NCBI GenBank assembly: GCA_964460855.1
Contig: CAYWQH010000009.1
Coordinates: forward strand, 1,351 to 65,350
DNA: 64,000 nucleotides
DNA from: an uncultured Candidatus Saccharibacteria bacterium
GTDB taxonomy: Bacteria; Patescibacteriota; Saccharimonadia; Saccharimonadales; UBA10212
Direction of reading: 5' to 3'
The position numbers and the translations under genes were made by a program. The notes below the pieces were generated by a model. That model worked only from the letters and a program-made list of their open reading frames with translations, ran no database searches and had not been told where the DNA came from. Shown piece by piece: positions 38,616 to 47,224 of this stretch (position 1 is its first letter; each line of letters begins with the position of its first letter).

Positions 38616-38775
38616 TCATAAGCATTATAGCTATTATTCGTAGCTATTAAGTCTACAAGTTGTTTTTTTAATCTGTTACAAAACGTTGTATAACTTCCGT
38701 TGCTTTAACTACCTTGCCGCTTCGCTAAATCGCACCCATAATCGATGGTGTATCACTAAATAAAGAGGAGGGTGT

Positions 38776-39309
38776 ATGTTAGGTATCAGAAAAATCAGTC
38801 CAATGGCCCGCGCCATCGGCACAATGGGAGTGGTCGCAACACTCGTCGGTGCAGTAACATTCGCAGCAGTAACATCAAATACAGTAGCCTTAACAGATAA
38901 CAATTTAACTAGTGGAACTCCCATGCTCCAAATTGGGACCGCTGTAGATCCTTTTGGAAATAGTGCAACTGGATTAACTGCAACGCTAAAACCAAATATT
39001 CCCAAGTCATTTACTTTCTTTTTGCAAAATAACGATACAAGCCCGCTTACAATAACAGCAAGTATACCGAGCAGTTTTGCAGGTTCTCAAATTCCGCCTA
39101 GCGCAGTTACTATGGCTTTAGATTGTGGTAGCGGCAGTGTTAGTTTCCCCATTAGTTCATGGGCAGGAGGCAGCGCGCCAATTCCAGGTACGGTAGCAGC
39201 AAATGGTGGTATTGCAACCTGTACTGAAACTGTAACATTGGACGCATCCTATAGTCCAAGTGGTAACACGCTAAATTCTTACACTATAAATTTTGTAGGT
39301 AACGAATAA
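38776..39309 (+). CDS. TasA/camelysin-like secreted protein with SipW-cognate-type signal peptide
   Basis: The N-terminus 'ARAIGTMGVVATLVGAVTFAAVTSN' resembles SipW-dependent signal peptides. It is immediately followed by a SipW-type peptidase gene. Low-GC locus. Confidence 0.55.
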   Translation: MLGIRKISPMARAIGTMGVVATLVGAVTFAAVTSNTVALTDNNLTSGTPMLQIGTAVDPFGNSATGLTATLKPNIPKSFTFFLQNNDTSPLTITASIPSSFAGSQIPPSAVTMALDCGSGSVSFPISSWAGGSAPIPGTVAANGGIATCTETVTLDASYSPSGNTLNSYTINFVGNE

Positions 39310-39326
39310 TAAAATAGTAGTTACTA

Positions 39327-40601
39327 ATGAAGTGGCCAAAAAGACTTTTCATTAGTATTTGCATTACTTTCCTATTGATATGTTGCGGCGTAATGCTGCT
39401 ATTTAATTTGTCGGTTACTGGCTGGAAAGCTTTAACCGTACAAACTGGCAGCATGCGCCCGATTATTCCTAAGGGATCTTTGGTATTGATGCACCGAGTC
39501 CCCGAAAAAACTTTAAAAATCGGGGATGTAATCACCTATGCCAACCCAAGAAAATTGAATACGACTATTACACACAGGGTAATAAATAAATATGAAAAAC
39601 AAAATGTAACTTACTACGTAACTAAGGGCGATGCTAATTCTACTGCAGATCAACCGATTACTTCAGGACTTGTTAGAGGGCAGGCGGTTTATCATATGCC
39701 ATATATTGGCGGTTTTCTAAATTGGTCCAAAAAACCAATTGGCTTAATGTCTATGATTTATATTCCAGCATTAATAATAATGATTACCGAAACAATAAAA
39801 CTTGCTCAATATTACAAGAAAAAACAACCGTATCGTTTACGCAGGGCAACAGTCATTAGTAAGGCAGAAAATAACATTGCATTACCAATGACATTATTTA
39901 CTATTTCATTTATTTTAGTTTTCTCGTTTACTGGTGCTACTGTCAAGGCTTTACTACATAGCAATACTGTAGCTTTAGCAAATAATCATATTACTTCTGA
40001 GTCAGCTAATAATTCTGGGATATTGTTCAATAAAGTTATTTTCAGGTGTTCAGACGATAACACGCCAACCGCCAGTAAGCGCCCACTGATAGAAATAAAC
40101 AACCCGACCAAGCAGGATGTAAACATCACCGGCTGGCAAATTAAGGATAACAACGGGGTGATTGTTACATTTTCTAGTTCAACTATTATCCATAAACATA
40201 AAAAGCTGCAAGTCACGCCGCTGCTGAGTAACGGATTGCAGTATGCCGGTGACCGTTTGGGTTTGTATAACACCCAAAATGTACTCGTCGACGGGCTAAG
40301 CTGGGGCAGCGACCATACTTACCTCAACCCGGCGATTACTGGAGTTGGAGCCGGCACCCGCCTCAAACGCGTTCCGCCCAAAAAAGATACCGACACTAAA
40401 AACGATTGGAACGTTACCGGCCATAAGTGCGCAAAAGATGACGACGGCCACGGGCACCACGACGACGGCGACCACGAGAGTGACGGCGACCGGGACGGAG
40501 ATAAAGGCGACCAAGACGAGCACTGCTTCGACAGCCGCGACGAAACCGACCGCGTCCACGTTACGGGCATGTACCACTTCTTAGAATTAAACGAAGACTA
40601 A
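39327..40601 (+). CDS. signal peptidase I, SipW/archaeal type, fused to a lamin-tail-like domain and an Asp/His-rich tail
   Basis: 'TGSMRP', 'ITHRV' and 'TKGDAN' peptidase motifs. An LTD-like segment 'INNPTKQDVNITGWQIKDNNG...GDRLGLYN...VDGLSWG'. A C-terminal 'DDDGHGHHDDGDHESDGDRDGDKGDQDEH' tail in GC-rich DNA. Confidence 0.7.
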   Translation: MKWPKRLFISICITFLLICCGVMLLFNLSVTGWKALTVQTGSMRPIIPKGSLVLMHRVPEKTLKIGDVITYANPRKLNTTITHRVINKYEKQNVTYYVTKGDANSTADQPITSGLVRGQAVYHMPYIGGFLNWSKKPIGLMSMIYIPALIIMITETIKLAQYYKKKQPYRLRRATVISKAENNIALPMTLFTISFILVFSFTGATVKALLHSNTVALANNHITSESANNSGILFNKVIFRCSDDNTPTASKRPLIEINNPTKQDVNITGWQIKDNNGVIVTFSSSTIIHKHKKLQVTPLLSNGLQYAGDRLGLYNTQNVLVDGLSWGSDHTYLNPAITGVGAGTRLKRVPPKKDTDTKNDWNVTGHKCAKDDDGHGHHDDGDHESDGDRDGDKGDQDEHCFDSRDETDRVHVTGMYHFLELNED

Positions 40602-40665
40602 TTAATTAACCGCAAACTTTGAATTTCAAAATCTCTGGTTAATGTTTGACCGGATATAGGGGGGC

Positions 40666-40691
40666 GCCCCGGGGTCGGTTGACCCCGGGGC
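40666..40691. terminator. perfect 11-bp GC hairpin between convergent genes
   Basis: GCCCCGGGGTC-ggtt-GACCCCGGGGC. Confidence 0.55.
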
Positions 40692-40721
40692 AAGCTGCTG
40701 CTACCCGCCGCTGAACTCCGC

Positions 40722-41381
40722 CTACAGGCCGAAGTTGCGGTGGAAGTTCTCGTACGCCGACAGCGGCGCCGGCTCCCGCTCGGGCTCCGGCTCGCTCTCC
40801 AGCTCCGGCTCGCTCTCCAGTTCGAAGATCGAGTCGAGGGTGTCGACGTAGAAGTCCTGCATCCGATGGTGGTTGGCCCGGATCAGCGGTTCCAGAGCCA
40901 GACGGATGCCGTACCAGTCGCTCGAGTCGTACCTCCTGATGAAGTTGAGGTGGTACGGCACGTCGAGATCGTCGACGACGCCCAGCGTCCGGCGCAGCGC
41001 CTCATCGAGGAGGCGCTTCTCGGACAGGAAGGTGCCGCGGTTGTTAGTGATCCGCAGCACGAGGGCGTCCAGCGCCGGTATGTCGCCGGCGACATCGGTG
41101 CAGACGACGAACGGCACGCGCTCGACCTTGTACACCGGGTTGCAGGCATGCCGGAACTCGGTCTCGAAGATGTCAGCCAGGTCGCTGGCCGAGTAGTAGC
41201 CGGCAGCGCGGGCCATCCACATGAACTCCTCGCGGCCGGGTTGGCCGGCCACGGAGGGCCAGTTGAACGCGATGGCCAGGATGGGCAGGTCGTTGTCGCC
41301 ACTGGCATCACGCACGGTGAGCCAGCAGCCAACGACTTGAACGATGCCGGACGCGATATCATCGCTGAAATCAGACATCAT
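40722..41381 (-). CDS. hypothetical protein, GC-rich cassette (acidic ELESEPE repeat tail)
   Basis: High GC3 in this frame. Tandem ATG ATG directly after GAAGGAGG (either 41381 or 41378 could be the start). C-terminal 'ELESEPELESEPEPEREP'. Confidence 0.65.
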   Translation of the reverse strand: MMSDFSDDIASGIVQVVGCWLTVRDASGDNDLPILAIAFNWPSVAGQPGREEFMWMARAAGYYSASDLADIFETEFRHACNPVYKVERVPFVVCTDVAGDIPALDALVLRITNNRGTFLSEKRLLDEALRRTLGVVDDLDVPYHLNFIRRYDSSDWYGIRLALEPLIRANHHRMQDFYVDTLDSIFELESEPELESEPEPEREPAPLSAYENFHRNFGL

Positions 41382-41452
41382 CCTCCTTCGGGTAGTGGGT
41401 TTACACCCGGTCAAACTGCGTTGCCGCAGCCTAACCGCGACAATCTAAGATT

Positions 41453-41481
41453 ATTATATAATAATTAGCAAACTTAAGCAA
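41453..41481 (-). promoter_or_regulatory. promoter TTGCTT-17 nt-TATAAT for the 40722-41381 cassette
   Basis: Minus strand: -35 at 41481-41476 and -10 at 41458-41453. Confidence 0.6.
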
Positions 41482-41567
41482 TTAGTTTAAATAGATAATT
41501 GCTAATCACAAAGCTCAAAAAGTTTAAGCATTATGATTAGTGTTTGACAGAGTATGTGTCGGGCGCG

Positions 41568-41594
41568 CCCGCCGGTTCGTTGAACACCGGCGGG
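41568..41594 (-). terminator. GC hairpin after the 41616-42071 gene
   Basis: CCCGCCGGT-N9-ACCGGCGGG. Confidence 0.5.
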
Positions 41595-41615
41595 CTTGGA
41601 GCAGGCTGGGGAGGC

Positions 41616-42071
41616 CTACTCTTGTTCCATGTCGATGTCATACCTGGTGAAGAATTCTCTGAACTCATCCACCAGGGCCCAGCGCCGATCTAGCCCTTCC
41701 TTGTAGCCGACGATCTCGCTTTCGACCATCGCGATCAGCATGAGCTCGGCCGCGTCCTTGTCGGTATGGTCATCGAGCGGGCCAGTCGATGCGTACAGTT
41801 CGGCCGGAAATATGAGCTTCACGTCAGCCAGCAGGATACTGGCCAGTTTCTTTTCGAGTTTATTGTACATCTCGAATGTCATCCGGTAGGGCCGGCCGGT
41901 ACGGTGTTCCACTCCCCAGTGGAACATTTGCCGGCAGGCCTCTTCTACGGCCTTTTCGGAGTCGTAGACCCGGGGTACCAGGTACTCCGGGTGGTGGAAC
42001 CGCTGGGCGAATAGCTGCTTGGCGATGTCCACTATCTGCCGGGCGAGCGTACCTTCGAAACTGCTTTCCAT
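41616..42071 (-). CDS. hypothetical protein, GC-rich cassette
   Basis: 151-aa ORF with a GC3-biased frame. No family recognised. Confidence 0.6.
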   Translation of the reverse strand: MESSFEGTLARQIVDIAKQLFAQRFHHPEYLVPRVYDSEKAVEEACRQMFHWGVEHRTGRPYRMTFEMYNKLEKKLASILLADVKLIFPAELYASTGPLDDHTDKDAAELMLIAMVESEIVGYKEGLDRRWALVDEFREFFTRYDIDMEQE

Positions 42072-42145
42072 GGCATCTCATTTCTCGAATGAAGGGTTAC
42101 TCTGTCAAACTGCGAATCCGCAGTCAGACAGCGGAAATCGACAAT

Positions 42146-42174
42146 ATTATAAAATAATTAATAGATATAAGCAA
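42146..42174 (-). promoter_or_regulatory. promoter TTGCTT-17 nt-TATAAT for the 41616-42071 cassette
   Basis: Minus strand: -35 at 42174-42169 and -10 at 42151-42146. Paralogous to 41453-41481. Confidence 0.6.
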
Positions 42175-42182
42175 TAAGTATA

Positions 42183-42914
42183 TCAGATTAGAGCCACGGC
42201 GAAGCCGTTGCGGCCTTCGGGCTCGCCGGTCAGCCGGCTGCGGCGGTGCGAATAATAATGCGGGTCGCCGCCGGTATCAATTTTATTGATTTCGATATTT
42301 TTTGGATTCATTCCGTTTTGGGTAAATTCGTTGAGCACATAACCGGGCAAATCTATGTGCCAGCCATCTGTTTCGTTGGTTATGTAGGGCTCCCACGAAC
42401 CATCTAATTTCTTCTCCTCAATACTTTCAAAACGGTAAGATTTTTTCTTAACCGACGGGCCGATATAACATTTTAAGTCGGCTGGGTCAGCCTGGTACTC
42501 ATTTTTTAACAGCCGCAGCATTTTAGCCGGGAACTCCAGCGCGGCGTTAGAGGTAGCTATGTGCATGAAAGCCAGCAGCGGGTGGCCGGGAATATATAAC
42601 ACGGCCGGCAGGCAATCACCGGCAAATAAGCCTATAACTATGTCGGTTCTCGAAGTAATAAAGCCGTCGCCTTTTACCCAGGCCGGTAGGCGGCCAAACT
42701 CCAAGCTGTCTAGATGGGCGATATCTATCCCGGCATTGGTATCCATCAAAACTAAGTGCTTGCCTTTAAAAGGCGCGAATAACCTTTTGCGGTTTTGTTC
42801 TACATCTGCGGCCGGACTGTATTTTTCACTCAAATTACCGAGCTTTTTGCCGGAATAGGCGATTAAGATGTTGGACGCCGGTTTGATTAGCGTAGGTTCG
42901 GTGTTTTGGGCCAT
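42183..42914 (-). CDS. pgeF: YfiH/PgeF-like (DUF152, polyphenol oxidase family) protein
   Basis: 'AGDCLPAVLY', 'FMHIATSN' and the C-terminal 'YYSHRRSRLTGEPEGRN' match the His/Cys/His and YRR..TGR signatures of the family. Confidence 0.65.
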   Translation of the reverse strand: MAQNTEPTLIKPASNILIAYSGKKLGNLSEKYSPAADVEQNRKRLFAPFKGKHLVLMDTNAGIDIAHLDSLEFGRLPAWVKGDGFITSRTDIVIGLFAGDCLPAVLYIPGHPLLAFMHIATSNAALEFPAKMLRLLKNEYQADPADLKCYIGPSVKKKSYRFESIEEKKLDGSWEPYITNETDGWHIDLPGYVLNEFTQNGMNPKNIEINKIDTGGDPHYYSHRRSRLTGEPEGRNGFAVALI

Positions 42915-43039
42915 ATATTAATTATAGCCAGGCAGGGAATTTAAGCTTAAATATATTGTAAAATAGGGCTAATAATGATATAATATGAGTTCAATGCGGA
43001 AATCGGTCCGCATGTACCTGTAGTAAGGAGGTGAGTATC

Positions 43040-43918
43040 TTGCGTGTCCCGACCGACGGGTGGCTGAATGGTGGCTGGAACAACAAGCGCCAGCAGTTCT
43101 ACCTACTGGGCGAGACGGTGGGCCTCGAGCCTAACCCGTCTCCGGAACAGTTGCAGGATACGCTTCGCCGGGTTAGCTCGGCGAAGGTCTTCGCGGAGTC
43201 CATCGCGGACTTCGTGGAGGCGACTGGTATGACCACCAAGCAGGTGGCAGACCGTCTGAAGACGGTCAACCACCAGCTGGGGGTCATGGATCCGCTGCCG
43301 TTCATGTCGCTCAAGGGTCACTGCGACCCGAAGAGCTTCCGCGGCACGGCCATCTGGCCCGCCGGTACGGTTGCCTGGATGCAGCTCCGCTGGGAGCAGA
43401 TCCAGCTGGCCGAGCTGGCCGGCGCGACTTTCGAGCGCGTCATCGTGCTCGGAAGTTCGCGCCAGTGCAACGCTCCGGCCGACCGCCGGCATCCCTACGT
43501 CAACGGGGTCTTCCCCGAGGGCAAGGAGCCGACCGAGCTCGAGCTCATGAAGCAGTGGGTGTTCGCATCCGGCCGAAACACCGGCCAGTATTTGTTCCCC
43601 GAGCTGGACGAGCACAACGAGCAGGGCAAACCGCTCTCGCTGGAGCAGATGCTCCGGCAGTACGGCGAGCGGTACGAGCCCTTCGCGCCTGACTCCCAGG
43701 TGTACGTTCCGGCCAACCCGAACGCATTGTACGTGCCACTGCACGTGCGCCGTGTACTCGGCCTGGACGATGTCTGGCTCAGCCAGGGCGGAGCCCGTCT
43801 GTACAGCGAGATGCCGCCGTACTGGTGGCCCAGCTGCCAGGACCTGATGACGACGCCTTCGGGCATCTTCAGGCTCTGGATCGAGCTGATCCGCAACGGC
43901 TGCATCAACAGCCGGTAA
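43040..43918 (+). CDS. hypothetical protein, GC-rich cassette
   Basis: GC3-biased frame. A TTG at 43040 lies 8 nt after AAGGAGG; the longest ORF begins at a GTG at 43031, abutting the SD. Confidence 0.6.
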   Translation: MRVPTDGWLNGGWNNKRQQFYLLGETVGLEPNPSPEQLQDTLRRVSSAKVFAESIADFVEATGMTTKQVADRLKTVNHQLGVMDPLPFMSLKGHCDPKSFRGTAIWPAGTVAWMQLRWEQIQLAELAGATFERVIVLGSSRQCNAPADRRHPYVNGVFPEGKEPTELELMKQWVFASGRNTGQYLFPELDEHNEQGKPLSLEQMLRQYGERYEPFAPDSQVYVPANPNALYVPLHVRRVLGLDDVWLSQGGARLYSEMPPYWWPSCQDLMTTPSGIFRLWIELIRNGCINSR

Positions 43919-43933
43919 ACCCTCTAACTGCAG

Positions 43934-43974
43934 GAACCCCTCGCGCGCTTCGGCGCCGGGGGGTTCTTCATTTT
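43934..43974 (+). terminator. imperfect GC hairpin plus T-rich tract
   Basis: GAACCCCTCGCGC...GCGCCGGGGGGTTC followed by TTCATTTT. Confidence 0.5.
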
Positions 43975-44024
43975 GAGCATAAGCAATCGGAATAACAGGG
44001 ATAACAGAGTATAATTGCTAGGTA

Positions 44025-46667
44025 ATGGCAGAGCGTAAAAAATTAGCTATCATTGACGGTAAGAGTGTATTTTACCGGGGTTATTACGCCATGCCCAATT
44101 TGAGCACAAAAGATGGTACGCCCACCGGCGGAGTACACGGCTTCGCGGCCATGGCGCTGGAGCTTGTTAAGCGGCTCAAGCCGGATTACGTGTGCGTGGC
44201 CTGGGACAAGCCCAAAACCAATATCCGCAAGCGCCTGGCGCTGTACGCCGACTATAAAGCCGGCCGCAAACCGGCGCCGCCCGATTTTTACGCCCAGATC
44301 CCGATTCTGCATGAACTGTTAGAAGCCTTCCACTGGCCGCTGTACGAACTGGATGATTACGAAGCCGACGACATTATGGGTACGCTGGCTTGCGCCGCCG
44401 CCAAAAAAGACATCGAAACCATGCTGATTACATCCGATTTGGACGTGCTGCAGCTGGTGGACCCGCACATCCACGTTTACGCCCTCAAGCGCGGTTTTAC
44501 GGATATAGATATCTTTAAACCGGAAAGCTTCGAACAAAAATACGGCATCAAAACCACCCAGTTTTTGGATTTAAAAGCACTGAAAGGCGACAGTTCCGAT
44601 AATATCCCTGGCGTGCCCGGCATTGGTGAAAAAACTGCCCTGGATTTGCTCAAACAATATAATGATCTCGATAACATCTACGATAACCTCGATTTAATTA
44701 AAAATAGTGTGCAGGCCAAGCTCAAAGCCGGCAAAGATCTGGCTTATTTAAGCCGCGAGCTGGCCGAAATCTGGACCGACGCGCCAATTGAGCTGAACCT
44801 CAGCGAAATGGACGGCAGCAAAATGGACACCGCCCATTTGCAGAATATTTTGCAGCGGCTGGAGTTCCGCAGTTTGTTGAGGCAACTGCCCGAAAATATG
44901 CGCTCCGAAACTCCTACCAACGACTTAGTAGGCGGGGTAGAACTGACACTACCAAAATTAACCATGGTCGAATCAGACAAAGTGTTAAACGCCTTGGACT
45001 TTAGCCAGGCCAAACAGCTATATATCCATTCGCGCTCGGCCGGCAAGCACGGCCGCGAGCCGCTGGTTTTAATGATTGGTACCGGCGAACACGCCTACGT
45101 TTTAAATATCAAAAAAATTAGTTCAGCGGCCATCCGCGACAAGCTAAGCCCGATATTCGAAAACAAAGAAATTGGCAAAATCGGCTACGAGATCAAAAAC
45201 GACATTAAATTTTTAAAGAGCATGGGTATTGGCTTTGAATGCGTTGAGCACGACGTATTGGTTGGCGCTTTCTTGATAAACCCCTTGGGCCGCATCCGAA
45301 CCATAACCGAGCTGGCCAGCGACACGATCAGTTTCGAAGGCGCGGCTTTTGAAGATTTGCCTACCGAAGACTTTATGGCCCGGGCGCCGGAATTTATAGC
45401 GGTCATTAAAGAGCTGTATAACCAACAATTGGTTACCTTAAAAGATATGCCTAAAGTGCTTCAGCTGGCTAAAGATATCGAATGGCCGGTTATACCGGTA
45501 CTGGCCGGTATGGAATACGAGGGCATCAAACTCGACGTGCCTTATTTACATAAATTTGCCAAGCAATTAGACGACGCCATATCAGATGTTGAACAAAAAA
45601 TTTACGGCCATGCCGACCAGGAATTTAATATCAGCTCGCCTAGCCAATTAGCCGATGTGCTGTTTACCAAGCTGCTGCTGCCGACGCAGAACATCAAGAA
45701 GTTAAAAACCGGCTATAGCACTGCCGCCAGCGAACTGGATAAGCTGCGCGGCATCCACCCGGTCATCGACCTGATTACCCAATACCGAGAAGTTACCAAG
45801 CTAAAAAACACTTATGTAGATACTTTGCCTAACCAGGTAGACGATAACAGCCGGGTGCACACTACTTTTAACATGACCATGGCCCAAACCGGCCGGCTAA
45901 GCAGCATCGACCCTAATTTGCAGAACATTCCGGTACGTACCGAGCTTGGTAAAAAAATCCGCACGGCTTTTGTAGCCGATAAAGGCAACGTTTTGGTCAG
46001 CGCCGACTATAGCCAGCAGGAGTTGAGAATCGCGGCGGTGATTGCCGGCGACAAAGGCATGCTCGAAGCGTTTAACCGCGACGAAGACATCCATATATTA
46101 ACGGCCGCAGCCGTGCGGGGCATTAAGCCCGAAGAAGTTACTAAAGATATGCGCTACCAGGCCAAGGCCGTTAACTTTGGCATTTTGTACGGGCAGGGGC
46201 CGCACGCCCTGGCGCTGCAAACCGGCCTGACTTTTGCCGAAGCGAAGGAGTTTATCGATAAGTATTTTGAAGTCCGTCCGAAGCTGCGCGAATATATCGA
46301 CGAAACCCGCAAAAAAGCCGTAGAAGTCGGTTATGTCGAAACCATTATGGGCCGCCGCCGGCCGACGCCGGACGCCCACAGCAGTAACTTTGTTGTCCGC
46401 GAAGCAGCCTTGCGCGCCGCCGTTAATATGCCTATCCAAGGTACAGCCGCCGACCTGAGCAAACTGGCAATGATAGAAGTGAATAAAAAAATGGGCGATA
46501 AATGCACAATGTTATTACAAATCCACGACAGCATTTTGGTTGAGTGTCCGGAAAAAGAAGCCGACTCAGTTAGTAAAATGCTGCAAGAAACCATGGAAGG
46601 CGTTTACGAACTGCCAGTAAAGCTCAAAGTTGATATTTCTATCGGCAAAAACTGGGGCGAGCTTTGA
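44025..46667 (+). CDS. polA: DNA polymerase I
   Basis: 880 aa with a 5'-nuclease N-terminal domain, a 3'-5' exo-like middle domain and pol motifs 'DYSQQELR', 'KAVNFGILYG' and 'QIHDS'. Confidence 0.95.
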   Translation: MAERKKLAIIDGKSVFYRGYYAMPNLSTKDGTPTGGVHGFAAMALELVKRLKPDYVCVAWDKPKTNIRKRLALYADYKAGRKPAPPDFYAQIPILHELLEAFHWPLYELDDYEADDIMGTLACAAAKKDIETMLITSDLDVLQLVDPHIHVYALKRGFTDIDIFKPESFEQKYGIKTTQFLDLKALKGDSSDNIPGVPGIGEKTALDLLKQYNDLDNIYDNLDLIKNSVQAKLKAGKDLAYLSRELAEIWTDAPIELNLSEMDGSKMDTAHLQNILQRLEFRSLLRQLPENMRSETPTNDLVGGVELTLPKLTMVESDKVLNALDFSQAKQLYIHSRSAGKHGREPLVLMIGTGEHAYVLNIKKISSAAIRDKLSPIFENKEIGKIGYEIKNDIKFLKSMGIGFECVEHDVLVGAFLINPLGRIRTITELASDTISFEGAAFEDLPTEDFMARAPEFIAVIKELYNQQLVTLKDMPKVLQLAKDIEWPVIPVLAGMEYEGIKLDVPYLHKFAKQLDDAISDVEQKIYGHADQEFNISSPSQLADVLFTKLLLPTQNIKKLKTGYSTAASELDKLRGIHPVIDLITQYREVTKLKNTYVDTLPNQVDDNSRVHTTFNMTMAQTGRLSSIDPNLQNIPVRTELGKKIRTAFVADKGNVLVSADYSQQELRIAAVIAGDKGMLEAFNRDEDIHILTAAAVRGIKPEEVTKDMRYQAKAVNFGILYGQGPHALALQTGLTFAEAKEFIDKYFEVRPKLREYIDETRKKAVEVGYVETIMGRRRPTPDAHSSNFVVREAALRAAVNMPIQGTAADLSKLAMIEVNKKMGDKCTMLLQIHDSILVECPEKEADSVSKMLQETMEGVYELPVKLKVDISIGKNWGEL

Positions 46668-47224
46668 CCGAATTATTTGATATCGTAGACCAAAACGACC
46701 AACCAACAGGTAAAACTACAGATAAGGTGGCTGCTCATCGGGACGGTATATTACATCGGGTTGCTGCAATATTAGTTTTTACGGACAGTGGTGAGTTACT
46801 GATTCAAGAACACAAATCTCACGGCAGGTTATGGGACCATTCGGTAGGGGGCCATGTGCAGGCAGGTGAATCATATTCTGCAGCAGCCAAGAGGGAATTG
46901 GACGAAGAGTTGGGGTTGGATTTGCCGTTAGAAGAGATTAAAACCGGAGTTCCAACTTTAAATATTGATCCGCGGCCGCAGTATAAAAACGGAAAACATT
47001 TTTATGGGGTTTATACGTGCAGCGTACCCAGCGATTGGGTGCATAAAGAAACGGAAGAAGTAGACCGGTTAATAGCTATGCCGGTCGCCGAAGTAGTTAA
47101 AATAATGAATTCTGAACCGGAAAAGTTTTTGAACGGTTTTTTTATTACGCTTAGCACTTACTTAAACAGTATTAACTCGGATCTAAAAATTAAAGCCTTT
47201 GGCCAGAACTGGGGCGAACTTTAA
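46664..47224 (+). CDS. NUDIX hydrolase (lower-GC insertion)
   Basis: NUDIX box 'GGHVQAGESYSAAAKRELDEELGL'. The TTG start overlaps the polA stop. The C-terminus GQNWGEL copies the polA C-terminus GKNWGEL. Confidence 0.8.
   Translation: MTELFDIVDQNDQPTGKTTDKVAAHRDGILHRVAAILVFTDSGELLIQEHKSHGRLWDHSVGGHVQAGESYSAAAKRELDEELGLDLPLEEIKTGVPTLNIDPRPQYKNGKHFYGVYTCSVPSDWVHKETEEVDRLIAMPVAEVVKIMNSEPEKFLNGFFITLSTYLNSINSDLKIKAFGQNWGEL

Noticed and set aside
40740-41468. A 242-aa plus-strand ORF and other frames (40873..41196, 40883..41362) overlapping the 40722..41381 gene. The same situation occurs at 43103..43744, 43495..43908, 49473..49988 and 58189..58608.
   Set aside because: These are shadow ORFs of GC-rich genes. 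Their products are Arg/Ala/Pro/Gly-rich, they lack SD sites, and the GC3 periodicity fits the annotated frames instead.
40644-42174. Integron gene cassettes: GTTAGGC (41435-41429, minus strand) equals the canonical core site GTTRRRY, and GTTTGAC/GTCAAAC pairs resemble R'/R''.
   Set aside because: GTTTGAC violates GTTRRRY at one position. The 126-nt segment between the putative R'' and R' is a promoter rather than an attC-like imperfect palindrome. No intI gene or attI is in the window, and the cassettes are dispersed rather than arrayed. This is worth re-testing with an attC covariance model.
46663-46670. TTTGACCG at the polA/NUDIX junction as another copy of the GTTTGACCGG cassette repeat.
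   Set aside because: It is only an 8-mer match, and about two chance occurrences are expected in 128 kb of two-strand sequence. It lacks the leading G and any partner inverted copy.
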